Shown: positions 1-9,099, counted from the stretch's first letter. The stretch: DNA of 29,091 bases from Dehalococcoidia bacterium (GCA_030740155.1 JASLXV010000065.1:1-29091); one strand, 5' to 3'. The notes: a model not told the origin generated them from the sequence alone. Numbers and translations are program-made.

Positions 1-122
1 ACAGCGCAGAAAGGAGGTGAAGGCTCAAACGATCGATAGGCGAAGACTTCATAACCGGACCCTCAGGCAGCTCACCCAAGCTCTTCCACACCTCTGATCT
101 CTCGGGTCCCAAACTGTCCCAT

Positions 123-310
123 TTGTGCTGGTCGCCAACACTGGGGATATCGGCCGCTTATCTGAGTCTTCTAACTAAGGGGAAAAGGGAGTGGCCTCAA
201 AAACTAAAACAGCGGCATGACGAATTTGTAAACATTTTTGTAAACATTATCGATGGGAAAACAAAGGAAGCGGCCACGGGAAACACCGATATAGAGAGGG
301 AAATTACTAG
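123..310 (+). pseudogene. Degenerate XRE/Cro-like HTH fragment reading into the tRNA 3' end
   Basis: Translation contains LGISAAYLSLLTKGKREW, resembling an HTH recognition helix. There is no convincing start/RBS, and the frame runs antisense through the tRNA. Confidence 0.3.
225..248. repeat. Perfect 12-bp tandem repeat TTTGTAAACATT x2
   Basis: Read directly at 225-236 and 237-248. Confidence 0.85.
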
Positions 311-386
311 TGGTGGAGCTGGAGGGACTCGAACCCTCTACCTCTTCAATGCCATTGAAGCGCTCTCCCGGTTGAGCTACAGCCCC
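311..386 (-). tRNA. tRNA-Ala (GGC)
   Basis: Reverse complement GGGGCTGTAGCTCAACCGGGAGAGCGCTTCAATGGCATTGAAGAGGTAGAGGGTTCGAGTCCCTCCAGCTCCACCA: 76 nt, anticodon stem CTTCA/TGAAG with GGC, GTTCGA T-loop, G3:U70 pair, encoded CCA. Confidence 0.98.
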
Positions 387-418
387 CCAAGAAACGGGGG
401 CGTTACCGCCCCCGTACC

Positions 419-447
419 AATATAACAACTACGGGGACGGCCCGCAA
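419..447 (-). promoter_or_regulatory. Putative sigma70 promoter of tRNA-Ala
   Basis: TTGCGG-N17-TATATT with an extended-10 TG, just upstream of the tRNA. Confidence 0.55.
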
Positions 448-450
448 CCG

Positions 451-1368
451 CTATCCCTGCCTATAGAACTTCACTACCCGCCGATTCCGGCCCCATGGGC
501 CGGGCATCACCACGTAGAGGTCCTTATGGGAGTCGACCCAGATGCCATGGCAGGACCGGTTTTCCAGGGAACCCCACTGGGTCAGCCGCTCTCCTTCGAG
601 GGTCATGATGCTTACCAGCCCGCCGTTGTGCTCCGGGATGTATGCCGTGTCTTCGTCGTCGACGTAGATCACGGCCGGGCCGATGAGTTCTGCGGGCCAG
701 GTGGCCAGGTGTTCGCCGTCCTGGTTGAACACCTGGACCCGGTCGTTCTCCCGGTCGGCGACCAGCACGCGGCCCCGCCGGCCGATCCAAACACCGTGGG
801 GAAGCATGAACTGCCCGTTCCCGGTGCCCGGCTGGCCCCAGGAAAGAAGGTGCCGGCCCTCGGGGGAGAACTTGTGGACCCGGGCGTTGGCGTAGCCGTC
901 GGCGATGAATATCTCGCCGGCCGGGTTCAACGCGATGCCGGCGGGCATGTTGAAGGGCTCTCCGCCTCGCACCACGCTCTTGTGGGCGGTGCCGCTCAGG
1001 TCGTCGGGGGCGACTCCCGTATCGGAACGGTATCCCCTGGTCCCGATGGTCATGAGGGGTTGTCCGTCCCAGGTGAACTTGAACACCTGGTGATGGTTCC
1101 GGTCCACCAGCCAGACGTTGTCGTCCCGATCCAGCAAGATGGCGTGGGGGAAGGCGAAGAGGCCCGCCCCCCAGGAGGACAGGAAGTTCCCAAGGCGGTC
1201 GAAAATGACGATAGGGTGGTCCGGGTCCCGGTTGAAGCAGTAGACCCGGTCCTGGGAGTCCCCGACCACAGCCGCCGCCGGCATGTCCCACCCGTCGGGC
1301 ACATTGGCCCAGTCCTCGTCCATCCGGTAGGTATACTTGCCGCTGCCTACGGTCTTCGACGTGGTCAT
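451..1368 (-). CDS. NHL-repeat beta-propeller protein (peptidyl-alpha-hydroxyglycine amidating lyase-like)
   Basis: Repeated NHL motifs: FAFPHAI, FNMPAGIA..GEIFIADGYANARVHKF, GQFMLPHGV..VADRENDRVQVF. Confidence 0.9.
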   Translation of the reverse strand: MTTSKTVGSGKYTYRMDEDWANVPDGWDMPAAAVVGDSQDRVYCFNRDPDHPIVIFDRLGNFLSSWGAGLFAFPHAILLDRDDNVWLVDRNHHQVFKFTWDGQPLMTIGTRGYRSDTGVAPDDLSGTAHKSVVRGGEPFNMPAGIALNPAGEIFIADGYANARVHKFSPEGRHLLSWGQPGTGNGQFMLPHGVWIGRRGRVLVADRENDRVQVFNQDGEHLATWPAELIGPAVIYVDDEDTAYIPEHNGGLVSIMTLEGERLTQWGSLENRSCHGIWVDSHKDLYVVMPGPWGRNRRVVKFYRQG

Positions 1369-1415
1369 AGCTTACGTCCCCCTTCGCGGTATGGGATACC
1401 TCGGGAGCGCGGCTC

Positions 1416-2144
1416 TCATCGGCGATGATCCGGGCCGGCGCGCAGTTTGCTGGTGAGACTCTTGGCCAGCAACCGTTCTTGAACGGCTTGTCCGGTCAGC
1501 TCCCGGAGAGCATCGGAGGCGATCCACCGGGCGCTCCTGGAATCCATCCGCTGGATTTCCCGGGCGGTTTCGATGGCCTTCCGGTTCAGCGCCGGGTTTC
1601 TCTTGCCGATCTGCCTCAGCGCCCAGTTGACCCCTTTCCTGACGTAGTTTCGTTGGTCAGTGGATTCCCTTTTGATTATCGGCAGGAACCCTTCGAAAAG
1701 TTCGTCGCCCGCCGTCTCGTCGCCGACGGCCAGCCGCGCCACCACAACGAATCCGGCTCTTTTGACGAACTCCTCATCTCTGGCGCTCCATTCGACACAT
1801 TTTCGGGGCGCGAGTTCCGCCCTGGCCAAAAACATGCAACAGCCGTCGCAAACATCCCAACTATCCAGGTCCTTGACCCATCTTTCCGCCTGCTCCTCGG
1901 TGAGCACCTTTGGGTCATCAACCATCGTGGCCAGCAGCCTGGTTTCACGGATACCGGCGTCCCAGAGCCGCTCCGCTAGACGGTGGCTCACTCCGATCTC
2001 CCTGGCAAGGCTTCGCATCTTGGGGAGCGTCACTCCCCAACTGCGGCCGGTGCGGATACCGTAGCCGGCCATACCCGCCAGGGACTCAGGGTCCGCCAGC
2101 GCCCTCAGCTTTTCGAGCACTTCCTCGTACTGCGCAGCTGTCAC
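1416..2144 (-). CDS. DNA alkylation repair protein (AlkD-like HEAT-repeat family)
   Basis: Motifs DSWDVCD, EEFVKRAGF, DQRNYVRKGVNWALRQIGKRN; GTG start. Confidence 0.9.
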   Translation of the reverse strand: MTAAQYEEVLEKLRALADPESLAGMAGYGIRTGRSWGVTLPKMRSLAREIGVSHRLAERLWDAGIRETRLLATMVDDPKVLTEEQAERWVKDLDSWDVCDGCCMFLARAELAPRKCVEWSARDEEFVKRAGFVVVARLAVGDETAGDELFEGFLPIIKRESTDQRNYVRKGVNWALRQIGKRNPALNRKAIETAREIQRMDSRSARWIASDALRELTGQAVQERLLAKSLTSKLRAGPDHRR

Positions 2145-2189
2145 TCAGGCTTACTCCACGGTGAGGGCCGGATTCCCGTAACACCCCTT

Positions 2190-3089
2190 TCAGAAGGCTC
2201 CGAGGCCCGGCGTCTTCATCTGGACGCTGTACAAAGACGTGCCGGGCGTGGTGTACAAGGTGCGAAAGTCCGGCCCGCCGAAAGCAACGTTGCGCGGAAC
2301 TTCCGGTCCTCGAATCACGCCGAGGTGGTTGCCTGCTGAGTCGAAGACCCAGATACCGCCGGAGCCGGTGCAGAAAACCCGGCCTTCGGTATCCACTTTC
2401 ATGCCGTCGGGGACGCCTTCCTCCGCCGACGACATGTCGGCGAAGACCCGGTTGTTACTCAGGGTACCGTCGGCGGCCACGTCGAAGGCCCGTATCTTCC
2501 GGTGGGTGCAGACCGCTTTCTCTTCCGCCTCTTTGAAGCACCGCTCGTCCAGCCGGCTGATCGCCACGTAGAGGACCGACTCGTCGGGAGAAAAGCCGAG
2601 CCCGTTGGGATACTCGCACCCGTCCGTTGCCAGGTGGACCTCCCCATCGGGCGAGATGCGGAACACCCCGGAGAACTCGTACTCACGCTTCTCCGGGGGG
2701 ACCCGCAAGCCCGGATCGGTGAAGTAGATGCTGCCGTCGGACCGGCAGACAACGTCGTTGGGTTTGTTGAGCCGTTTGCCCTGCCATCGCTCGGCGATCG
2801 GGGTCACGGAGCCATCGGAATCCATTCGGGTAACCCGCCGGTTGTCCGCTCCCTCGCACATGAGCAGGCGGCCCTGGCGGTCCAGGGTGCAGCCGTTGCC
2901 CTCTCCGGTGTTCTCCCGGACCACCGACACGCCGCCTTTGGCGTCCCAGCGGAGAAGGCGGCTCCCCCGCATATCCACGAAGGTGAGGTAACCCTCGGGA
3001 TGCCACAGGGGGCCTTCGGTGCCACCGAGGCCGGTGGCCAGACGAGTGTGTTCACCAGACTCCAGGATGCCGAACAGGTCTCCAGCCAT
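2190..3089 (-). CDS. SMP-30/gluconolactonase/LRE family protein
   Basis: TEGPLW, NGCTLD..GRL, LNKPNDV..DGSIYFTDP, PNGLGFSPDE, PDGMKVD. Start placed at ATG 3089 behind GGAGG. Confidence 0.93.
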   Translation of the reverse strand: MAGDLFGILESGEHTRLATGLGGTEGPLWHPEGYLTFVDMRGSRLLRWDAKGGVSVVRENTGEGNGCTLDRQGRLLMCEGADNRRVTRMDSDGSVTPIAERWQGKRLNKPNDVVCRSDGSIYFTDPGLRVPPEKREYEFSGVFRISPDGEVHLATDGCEYPNGLGFSPDESVLYVAISRLDERCFKEAEEKAVCTHRKIRAFDVAADGTLSNNRVFADMSSAEEGVPDGMKVDTEGRVFCTGSGGIWVFDSAGNHLGVIRGPEVPRNVAFGGPDFRTLYTTPGTSLYSVQMKTPGLGAF

Positions 3090-3161
3090 GATGGACCTCC
3101 GCGTGTTTGGACTAAAATTGATGGCGGGATTATACCAGCATGGAAGAGGCGATGCATATTG

Positions 3162-3190
3162 TTGACCCCACAACACCGGGCGGCTATAAT
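3162..3190 (+). promoter_or_regulatory. sigma70 promoter for the small ORF + amidase; a divergent extended -10 (TGGTATAAT, minus strand, 3129-3137) serves the lactonase
   Basis: TTGACC-N17-TATAAT. Confidence 0.75.
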
Positions 3191-3267
3191 CCGCCCCGTC
3201 ACGCTGGTGAGACTAGCCAGTCCTCCCGAAAAGCGGTCGGGAGCCTGGACCACGAGGGAGGACTACA

Positions 3268-3456
3268 ATGGTGAGCATGCGCCCGGATGCACCTCTCGAC
3301 GAGGTCCTGCGCGAATTGACCGAGCAGGCGAAGGCCCTCTGGGGAGAGGAGCGAGCCAAGGCGATCAACTCCTCGGTTGAGGCGACGGCCCGCCGCTTGT
3401 GGGAGGTTAGCCGCAACCTGCCGCAACGGGACCTGGAACCCGGCTTTTATCAGTAA
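3268..3456 (+). CDS. Small helical hypothetical protein (62 aa), possible amidase partner subunit
   Basis: Strong RBS (GAGGGAGG) before ATG, downstream of a near-consensus promoter, amphipathic helical sequence, upstream of an amidase. Confidence 0.75.
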   Translation: MVSMRPDAPLDEVLRELTEQAKALWGEERAKAINSSVEATARRLWEVSRNLPQRDLEPGFYQ

Positions 3457-3587
3457 CCACCGGCAGTAGCCACCGGCACAACCCCGGAGAAGATCCACCC
3501 CTGATCACGCGGTGAGAGTTGAAGCAGGGAGCTAGCCGTTGATGCTCCTCCGGCCTCTCCGTGTCCTCAGCGCTAAAGGAGCCAGCT

Positions 3588-4946
3588 ATGGCGGAACCAT
3601 TCGGTCTCACCGTTGCCCAGGCGGCGCAACAGATACGCCAACGAACGCTCTCGCCGGTAACCTTGGCCCAATCCCTGCTGGAGCGGATCGATGCCCTGGA
3701 CCCCTCGCTACGAGCGTGGGTAACCATAGACCGGGAGGAAGTCCTGGGCACCGCCCGCGAACTGGAGCTGGAGCTGGACCGGACGGGGCCCCGGGGCCCA
3801 ATCCACGGCGTGCCGGTGGGGCTGAAAGACATCTTCTATACCGAAGGGATGAAGACCACCGCCTGCTCCCCCATCTACGCTGAATTCGTGCCCGGCTTCG
3901 ACGCAACGTCGGTGGCCCGGATCCGGCAGGCCGGCGGTATCATTCTGGGCAAAGCGGTGACAACCGAGTTCGCCAGCAGCGACCCCTCCCCAACGATCAG
4001 CCCCTGGAACCCGGCCCACACCCCCGGCGGTTCCAGCAGCGGCTCCTCGGTGGCCGTGGCCACCAGGATGTGTCCGGCTGCCCTGGGCTCACAAACGGGC
4101 GGCTCCACCTGCCGCCCGGCCGCCTACAACGGCATCGTGGGACTGAAGCCCACTTACGGCAGAATCAGCCGCTACGGCGTGGTGCCCCTCAGTTGGTCCC
4201 TGGACACCGTGGGTATCCTGGTCCGCACGGTGACGGACGCGGCCCTTATGCTCCAGGTGATGGCCGGCCACGACCCCAACGACCCCGGATCGGCCACCCA
4301 GCCTGTGCCGGATTACCTTCAGCAGATGGAGGCGCTGGGGCGTCCCCCGCGGATCGGCCTGGCCAAGGGGTTCTTCGACGAGCAATCGACCCCCGAGGTG
4401 CGGACCCACACCGAGGCAATCGTCCGGCAACTGGCCGAGGCGGGCGCCAAAGTGGAGGAAGTCAGTCTTCCCGAGAGCTTCGCCACCGCCCATGCCTGCC
4501 AGCGCATCGTCGGCAACGTAGAGGCCGCCTCTTTTCACGAGGAGTCGTTCCGGCGCCGGGCCGACGATTACGGGCCCAAGATCCGGTCGGCAATCGAGAT
4601 GGGGATGCTGATACCGGGAGTGCGCTACGTTCAGGCCCAGCGGCTGCGCCGCCAGTTCCGCCAAGACATGATCCAGATGGTGAAGCAGGTAGACGTGGTG
4701 CTGACGCCGGCCACCCCGGCTCCGGCCCCCCCGGACGTGAGCACCACCGGCGACCCGGCCTTCCAGGTACCCTGGACCTCCAGCGGGCTGCCCACCATCA
4801 CGCTGCCGTCCGGTCTCAGCCAGTCCGGGATGCCCCTGGCAGTCCAACTCGCCGGCCTACCGCTGGAAGAAGGGAACCTCTTCGCCGCCGCCCGCTGGTG
4901 CGAGACGGTCCTGGGAGTCAACCTTTCGCCCCCGGACTTCAGCTAG
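3588..4946 (+). CDS. Amidase (amidase-signature family)
   Basis: HGVPVGLKD, TPGGSSSGS, GSQTGGS..RPAAYNG (Ser-cisSer-Lys triad); AAGGAG RBS before ATG 3588. Confidence 0.95.
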   Translation: MAEPFGLTVAQAAQQIRQRTLSPVTLAQSLLERIDALDPSLRAWVTIDREEVLGTARELELELDRTGPRGPIHGVPVGLKDIFYTEGMKTTACSPIYAEFVPGFDATSVARIRQAGGIILGKAVTTEFASSDPSPTISPWNPAHTPGGSSSGSSVAVATRMCPAALGSQTGGSTCRPAAYNGIVGLKPTYGRISRYGVVPLSWSLDTVGILVRTVTDAALMLQVMAGHDPNDPGSATQPVPDYLQQMEALGRPPRIGLAKGFFDEQSTPEVRTHTEAIVRQLAEAGAKVEEVSLPESFATAHACQRIVGNVEAASFHEESFRRRADDYGPKIRSAIEMGMLIPGVRYVQAQRLRRQFRQDMIQMVKQVDVVLTPATPAPAPPDVSTTGDPAFQVPWTSSGLPTITLPSGLSQSGMPLAVQLAGLPLEEGNLFAAARWCETVLGVNLSPPDFS

Positions 4947-5069
4947 CACCCGGATTCGAGAATAGCCGGGACGATCACCCGGTTCGCCCTGACGGCGGGT
5001 GCGCAGCTTACCGGCCACGCTTGACGCCGGCGCGAGAGAGGGTGAGGCGCCCCAGCCCCGGAAGGGGTG

Positions 5070-5441
5070 TCAGCCGGAAGCCAGTCCGGGATCGGCGTCG
5101 GAGAGGAACCAGGCCTTCTCAGCCGCTTCTTCCGGCCAGAGGAACTCGAAGCCCGCCTCCAGCGCGGGCTTCTTGTCCAGGTCCTCTCTATCTCCAATAT
5201 GGTAGTAAATATCCGCCTCGAACTTGGCCTTTACCTCAGGGAGCTGGTGTTTCGAGGAGACAAATTCCACCGGTATGTTGTGCTGGTCCCAAATGACCCT
5301 CTGCGCGCTGAGTGGACGGTCGGAGCAACTGCCGATCAAATAGCCTTTCTCTTTGGCCCTTCTCACCATTTCCATGGTCAGGATTCCAGGGGGGTCACCT
5401 ACTTCCAAGGTCCCATCTATGTCAAAACTTATCAGTATCAC
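5070..5441 (-). CDS. Small cap-less HAD-superfamily hydrolase
   Basis: Motif I FDIDGTL, motif II CS, motif IV HIGDREDLD. GGAGG RBS; start is GTG 5441 or TTG 5444. Confidence 0.85.
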   Translation of the reverse strand: MILISFDIDGTLEVGDPPGILTMEMVRRAKEKGYLIGSCSDRPLSAQRVIWDQHNIPVEFVSSKHQLPEVKAKFEADIYYHIGDREDLDKKPALEAGFEFLWPEEAAEKAWFLSDADPGLASG

Positions 5442-5516
5442 CAAGTAGGTTCCTCCCCCTATCCTGTGGTAGCCTCCGCGGCCAGATAAATCTGATCGAA
5501 AGCCTGAATACGGGCC

Positions 5517-5562
5517 AAATCCCCCTACATCCCCCTTTGCAAAGGGGGACCGAGGGGGATTT
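5517..5562. repeat. Nested palindrome (REP-like)
   Basis: AAATCCCCC..CCCCCTTT-GC-AAAGGGGG..GGGGGATTT. Confidence 0.75.
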
Positions 5563-5632
5563 CTCCTCACAACATTTCGCAACTTGCCCACTGCTCGGTA
5601 TGAGTAAACGTTCCGGCAGGTTCCCGCGCGGC

Positions 5633-6964
5633 CTAGTCCGGGGTCGCGCTCCAGATGGTGAAGTTGCCGCCCATCGGCATGGGGCCGCCGGAGACACCGA
5701 TCTCAGGCTTCACCCCGGTGAGTGATCGAGCCCCGGCCCGTCCCTGTATCTGCTGGATGCAGTCGGTATGCATCCAGAAACGGCTCCGGCCGCTTCCGAC
5801 GTTGCCGCCGCTGGGGGAAATGGGGTTCTTCCCCTCGATACTGATATCCGTCTGGTAGAAGTCCAGGGCATCCCCAAATTTCATGCCCCGGTAGCCGATG
5901 CCCTCAACGTGAAACTGGTGGAACAGGGCAAAGCCGTCATACAGGTTTTCGAAGGAGAGATCGGCTGAGGTGATCCCGGCGGCCTCCAGGGTCTTCTTCC
6001 CGGAACTGCCGGTTTCCGCCTGGACCTCCGCCAGTGTTGGAGTGAGGCTCCTGGGTTTACCCCGGCTCGACGAATGGCCGAGGACGTAGACGGGCTTCTG
6101 CTTCATGTCCTTGGCCCGCTCGGCGGTCGTGAAGAGGTAGGCCCCCGAAACCATGATCGGTATGTCGTTGTCGAAGAGGTTTGCCGGCTTGGCTATCCAC
6201 CGGGCGGCCAGGTAGTCCTCCACGGTCAGTTGCTCGGGCCGGTGCTGGTACCAGTACCCCTCCGGGAACATCAGGCCGTTCCTTCTTGAGTTCGCCATGA
6301 AGGGGGCCATCATGTCGTGGGATTTGCCGTACTGGGTGCAGTACTGGGCGAATTGCAAGGCCGTGCCCCAGGACCCCGGAGGACCCCAGATAGTTCGCCC
6401 CGGGCCAACCGCGTAGGTGCCGGAGACTACATCCGAGGCGCTGACGCCTGCTTGGTTGTACCGGCCTTCCAGGTTATGCCAACCCTTGAGCACCAGGCAG
6501 GTGTGGGTGCGGCCCTCACCAACAGCCTGGGCGGCAACGACGATGGCGTGGGACATACATCCCGGACCGTTCATGGTGAACGTGACGTTCTTGAGTTCCG
6601 GCATGTTCTTCAAGATCCACTCGGCGCTCAGCTTGGCGATGCCGTCCAGGGGATCGTCGGTGGGATTGTAGGCGTTGACGACGTCCATGGGAATTGGGTC
6701 TCCCGCCTGCCAGTGAGCCCCCGTGGTGGTCACGGTGTCGAGAACCAAGCCGTCGATCTGGTCGGGCGAGACACCCGCGTCTTCAATAGCTCTCCTGAGG
6801 GCCAGGATGCTGTTCGCGCCCACGGTTTTTCCGGGTGTCCCGTCCCAGCGCCGGGAGGTCGGAGAGTGCCCGACGCCGACGGCTGCTACCTTCCCACGGT
6901 GTTCCCAAACCCCCAGTCCCTCCGTGGTTCGATGCATTGATTCCGGAGCATTTTGGGTGGTCAT
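5633..6964 (-). CDS. Thiolase-like protein (SCP2/Ltp2-type)
   Basis: AAVGVGHS, DAGVSPDQIDGL, YLAARWIAKP, AERAKDMKQKPVYVLG, LYDGF, PSGG; adjacent DUF35 gene. Confidence 0.88.
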   Translation of the reverse strand: MTTQNAPESMHRTTEGLGVWEHRGKVAAVGVGHSPTSRRWDGTPGKTVGANSILALRRAIEDAGVSPDQIDGLVLDTVTTTGAHWQAGDPIPMDVVNAYNPTDDPLDGIAKLSAEWILKNMPELKNVTFTMNGPGCMSHAIVVAAQAVGEGRTHTCLVLKGWHNLEGRYNQAGVSASDVVSGTYAVGPGRTIWGPPGSWGTALQFAQYCTQYGKSHDMMAPFMANSRRNGLMFPEGYWYQHRPEQLTVEDYLAARWIAKPANLFDNDIPIMVSGAYLFTTAERAKDMKQKPVYVLGHSSSRGKPRSLTPTLAEVQAETGSSGKKTLEAAGITSADLSFENLYDGFALFHQFHVEGIGYRGMKFGDALDFYQTDISIEGKNPISPSGGNVGSGRSRFWMHTDCIQQIQGRAGARSLTGVKPEIGVSGGPMPMGGNFTIWSATPD

Positions 6965-7021
6965 TGTTCACTCCTTATCGCAAGGTTTTAACGTGACTGT
7001 AAAGAAAGAAAGAGAGCGGGT

Positions 7022-7432
7022 CTAGCCCGCTACCCGCCACTCGGGGACCTTCTGGCCGTTTGCGGTGGCCTCGAACACAACCTCTACGCTGGCCCCCACC
7101 GGGACCTCGTCCACCGGAGTTCCGGGTAGGTGAGAGTACATCTGAATATCCGGGTCATCGTCCAACATGATGACCGCGAGGTTGAACGGCTGATCCTCTT
7201 GAAGCGACTTGATGGGGCAATCGTATACCACTCCATAGTTGTATATCTTGCCCCGCCCACTCATCTGCTTCCACTCCACGTTTTCACCGGAACCACACTG
7301 ACTGCATTCCGCTGCCGGCGGATGCTGAAGCCGGTTGCAGGATTTACAGTTCTGGATGACCAGCCGCCCTTCGTTGGCGGCCTTCCAAAAGGGTTTCGTC
7401 AATTCATCGGGCGTCACACCCTGCTTTACCAT
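7022..7432 (-). CDS. DUF35 Zn-ribbon/OB-fold protein
   Basis: PFWKAANEGRLVIQNCKSC..HPP..CSQCGS..SGRGKIY..VGASVEVVFE; RBS GGAGGGAG before ATG 7432. Confidence 0.93.
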   Translation of the reverse strand: MVKQGVTPDELTKPFWKAANEGRLVIQNCKSCNRLQHPPAAECSQCGSGENVEWKQMSGRGKIYNYGVVYDCPIKSLQEDQPFNLAVIMLDDDPDIQMYSHLPGTPVDEVPVGASVEVVFEATANGQKVPEWRVAG

Positions 7433-7493
7433 GTCTCCCTCCATGCTGGATATTTTCGGAGCGCAATCGAAAAAGAGAAATTATGCTTGGTCC

Positions 7494-7522
7494 ACAATAT
7501 TCACATTTTCGGAATATGTCAA
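7494..7522 (-). promoter_or_regulatory. sigma70 promoter of the DUF35-thiolase operon, with a near-palindromic spacer (candidate operator)
   Basis: TTGACA-N17-TATTGT; ACATTTTCGGAATATGT overlaps the spacer. Confidence 0.65.
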
Positions 7523-7703
7523 AGTTATGGAACAAAGTCCCGCTGGAAATGCGGTAGGGGGCCAACCAGGAAAATGGCAACCAGAGGAGTCACCAACAAC
7601 GAGCCGGACGCTGGGTGAGATGGAATCAGAAATTCGGACAGGCAGCTAGCCGAGAGTTCTGTTCTTATCCGTGGCCTTCCTCTCCTTCCAACCCACGATT
7701 TGG

Positions 7704-7847
7704 GGCGTTGCCTCAAAAGTACTCTGGACAATGTCACCCCGAATGAAGTGAGGGGTCTGGGGTGGTGGGTCCGGGCTCCAATCGAGGAACCCCGAACCAG
7801 ATTCCTCGTCGCTTCGCTCCTCGGAATGACAGTTTTGAGGCAAAGCC
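7704..7847. mobile_element. 144-bp MITE carrying an inverted pair of REP-like hairpins
   Basis: TIRs GGCGTTGCCTCAAAA / TTTTGAGGCAAAGCC (14/15); flanking 9-bp direct repeat ACGATTTGG (7695-7703) / ACGATTCGG (7848-7856); internal repeats at 7728-7758 and 7799-7832. Confidence 0.75.
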
Positions 7848-7866
7848 ACGATTCGGGCCACGTGCC

Positions 7867-9099
7867 CTAGAGGATCACCCCTTCGTCGTGCAGGGTCTCG
7901 ATGTCGTCCCAGGTGTAGCCCAAAAGCTCGATCAGGACCTGTTCGGTGTTCTCGCCCTGGGCTGGGGCCATCTTCCTGGTCGAAAGGGGGGTCTTGGTGT
8001 AGGTGACGGGCGTTTGGAGCCACTTGGTGGGGCCGAGCACCGGATGGTCGAAGTCGACGATATAGTTGTTGGCGATGACCTGGGGATCGTTCACGAGGTC
8101 CAGGGTGTTCTGCACACACCCGTAGATCAGGTCGCCACCCTCGGCTAGAATCCGGTCCCACTGGCCGCTGGTCTTGGTGATAAAGACCTCGTCCAACAAC
8201 TCGATTAGCGCCCGGCGGTTATCCCGGCGGGCATCCATGCTGTTGAAACGCTCGTCGTCGATGAGTTGGGGCATGCCTATCGCCCGGCAGAAGGTCGGCC
8301 AGTAACGGTCTCCCCGTCCCATGGAGAAGGCCATCCACCGGCCGTCCTGGCACCGGTAGTAGTTCCAAAGGATGTTCCCGGCCTCCTTTCGGTCCGTCCG
8401 CCGGAACTCCCGGTTGGTCAGCAAGGAGATGCCATTTTGCATCCCCCGGCCCCAGATCATGGCTCCCAGGTGGGAGACATCCACCTTCTGGCCGATGCCG
8501 AACCTTTCTCTGGCGATTATGGCGCCCAGAACGCCGTAGGAGAGCATGATGCCGGCGATGTGGTCGGCGATGCCAATGGCGTAGGGTGTGTCATCGTCCG
8601 GTCCCGCCCAGGAGAGGGCGCCCGATCGCGCCTCGCCGGTCAGGGCAAACGCGGGCTTGTGCGAGTCCGGGCCCTCTGGGCCATAGCCCGAGGCCGAGCC
8701 GTAGACTATCTTGGGATTGTGCTTTACAAGGTCGTCGTACCCCAGGCCCAGCCGCTCGGCGACGCCCTGGCGAAAGTTCTCCACAAACACGTCGGACTTC
8801 TCCACCAGCTGGTACATTATCTCGACGCCCTTGGGGTTCTTCAGGTCCAGGGCGATGCCCAGCTTCTGGCGGTTCTGTCCCTCAAAGTAGGCGTTGAGCC
8901 CTTGAGGCAGCTCGGAATCGATACTGCTGATCCGGTGAAACTGCCGCCCGGGGTCGCCGTCCAGCGACTCAACCTTGATGACTTCGGCCCCCAGGTCGGC
9001 CAGCATCATTGTCGACACCGGGCCAAACTCAAACACGGTCCAGTCGATGACGCGTATGCCGTCCAAAGGACCCTTCCTATCGTCAGGTCCGCTGTTCAT
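7867..9099 (-). CDS. Family III CoA-transferase (CaiB/BaiF)
   Basis: PLDGIRVIDWT..GP..LADLGAEVIKVE..GDPGR, DVFVENFR, SGYGPEGP, catalytic-position Asp in IADHIAG. Confidence 0.95.
   Translation of the reverse strand: MNSGPDDRKGPLDGIRVIDWTVFEFGPVSTMMLADLGAEVIKVESLDGDPGRQFHRISSIDSELPQGLNAYFEGQNRQKLGIALDLKNPKGVEIMYQLVEKSDVFVENFRQGVAERLGLGYDDLVKHNPKIVYGSASGYGPEGPDSHKPAFALTGEARSGALSWAGPDDDTPYAIGIADHIAGIMLSYGVLGAIIARERFGIGQKVDVSHLGAMIWGRGMQNGISLLTNREFRRTDRKEAGNILWNYYRCQDGRWMAFSMGRGDRYWPTFCRAIGMPQLIDDERFNSMDARRDNRRALIELLDEVFITKTSGQWDRILAEGGDLIYGCVQNTLDLVNDPQVIANNYIVDFDHPVLGPTKWLQTPVTYTKTPLSTRKMAPAQGENTEQVLIELLGYTWDDIETLHDEGVIL

Noticed and set aside
3588..4946. gatA assignment for either amidase
   Set aside because: No gatB nearby, and motifs (TTEFA, GSQT) differ from typical GatA (MDEFAMG, GSDTGG).
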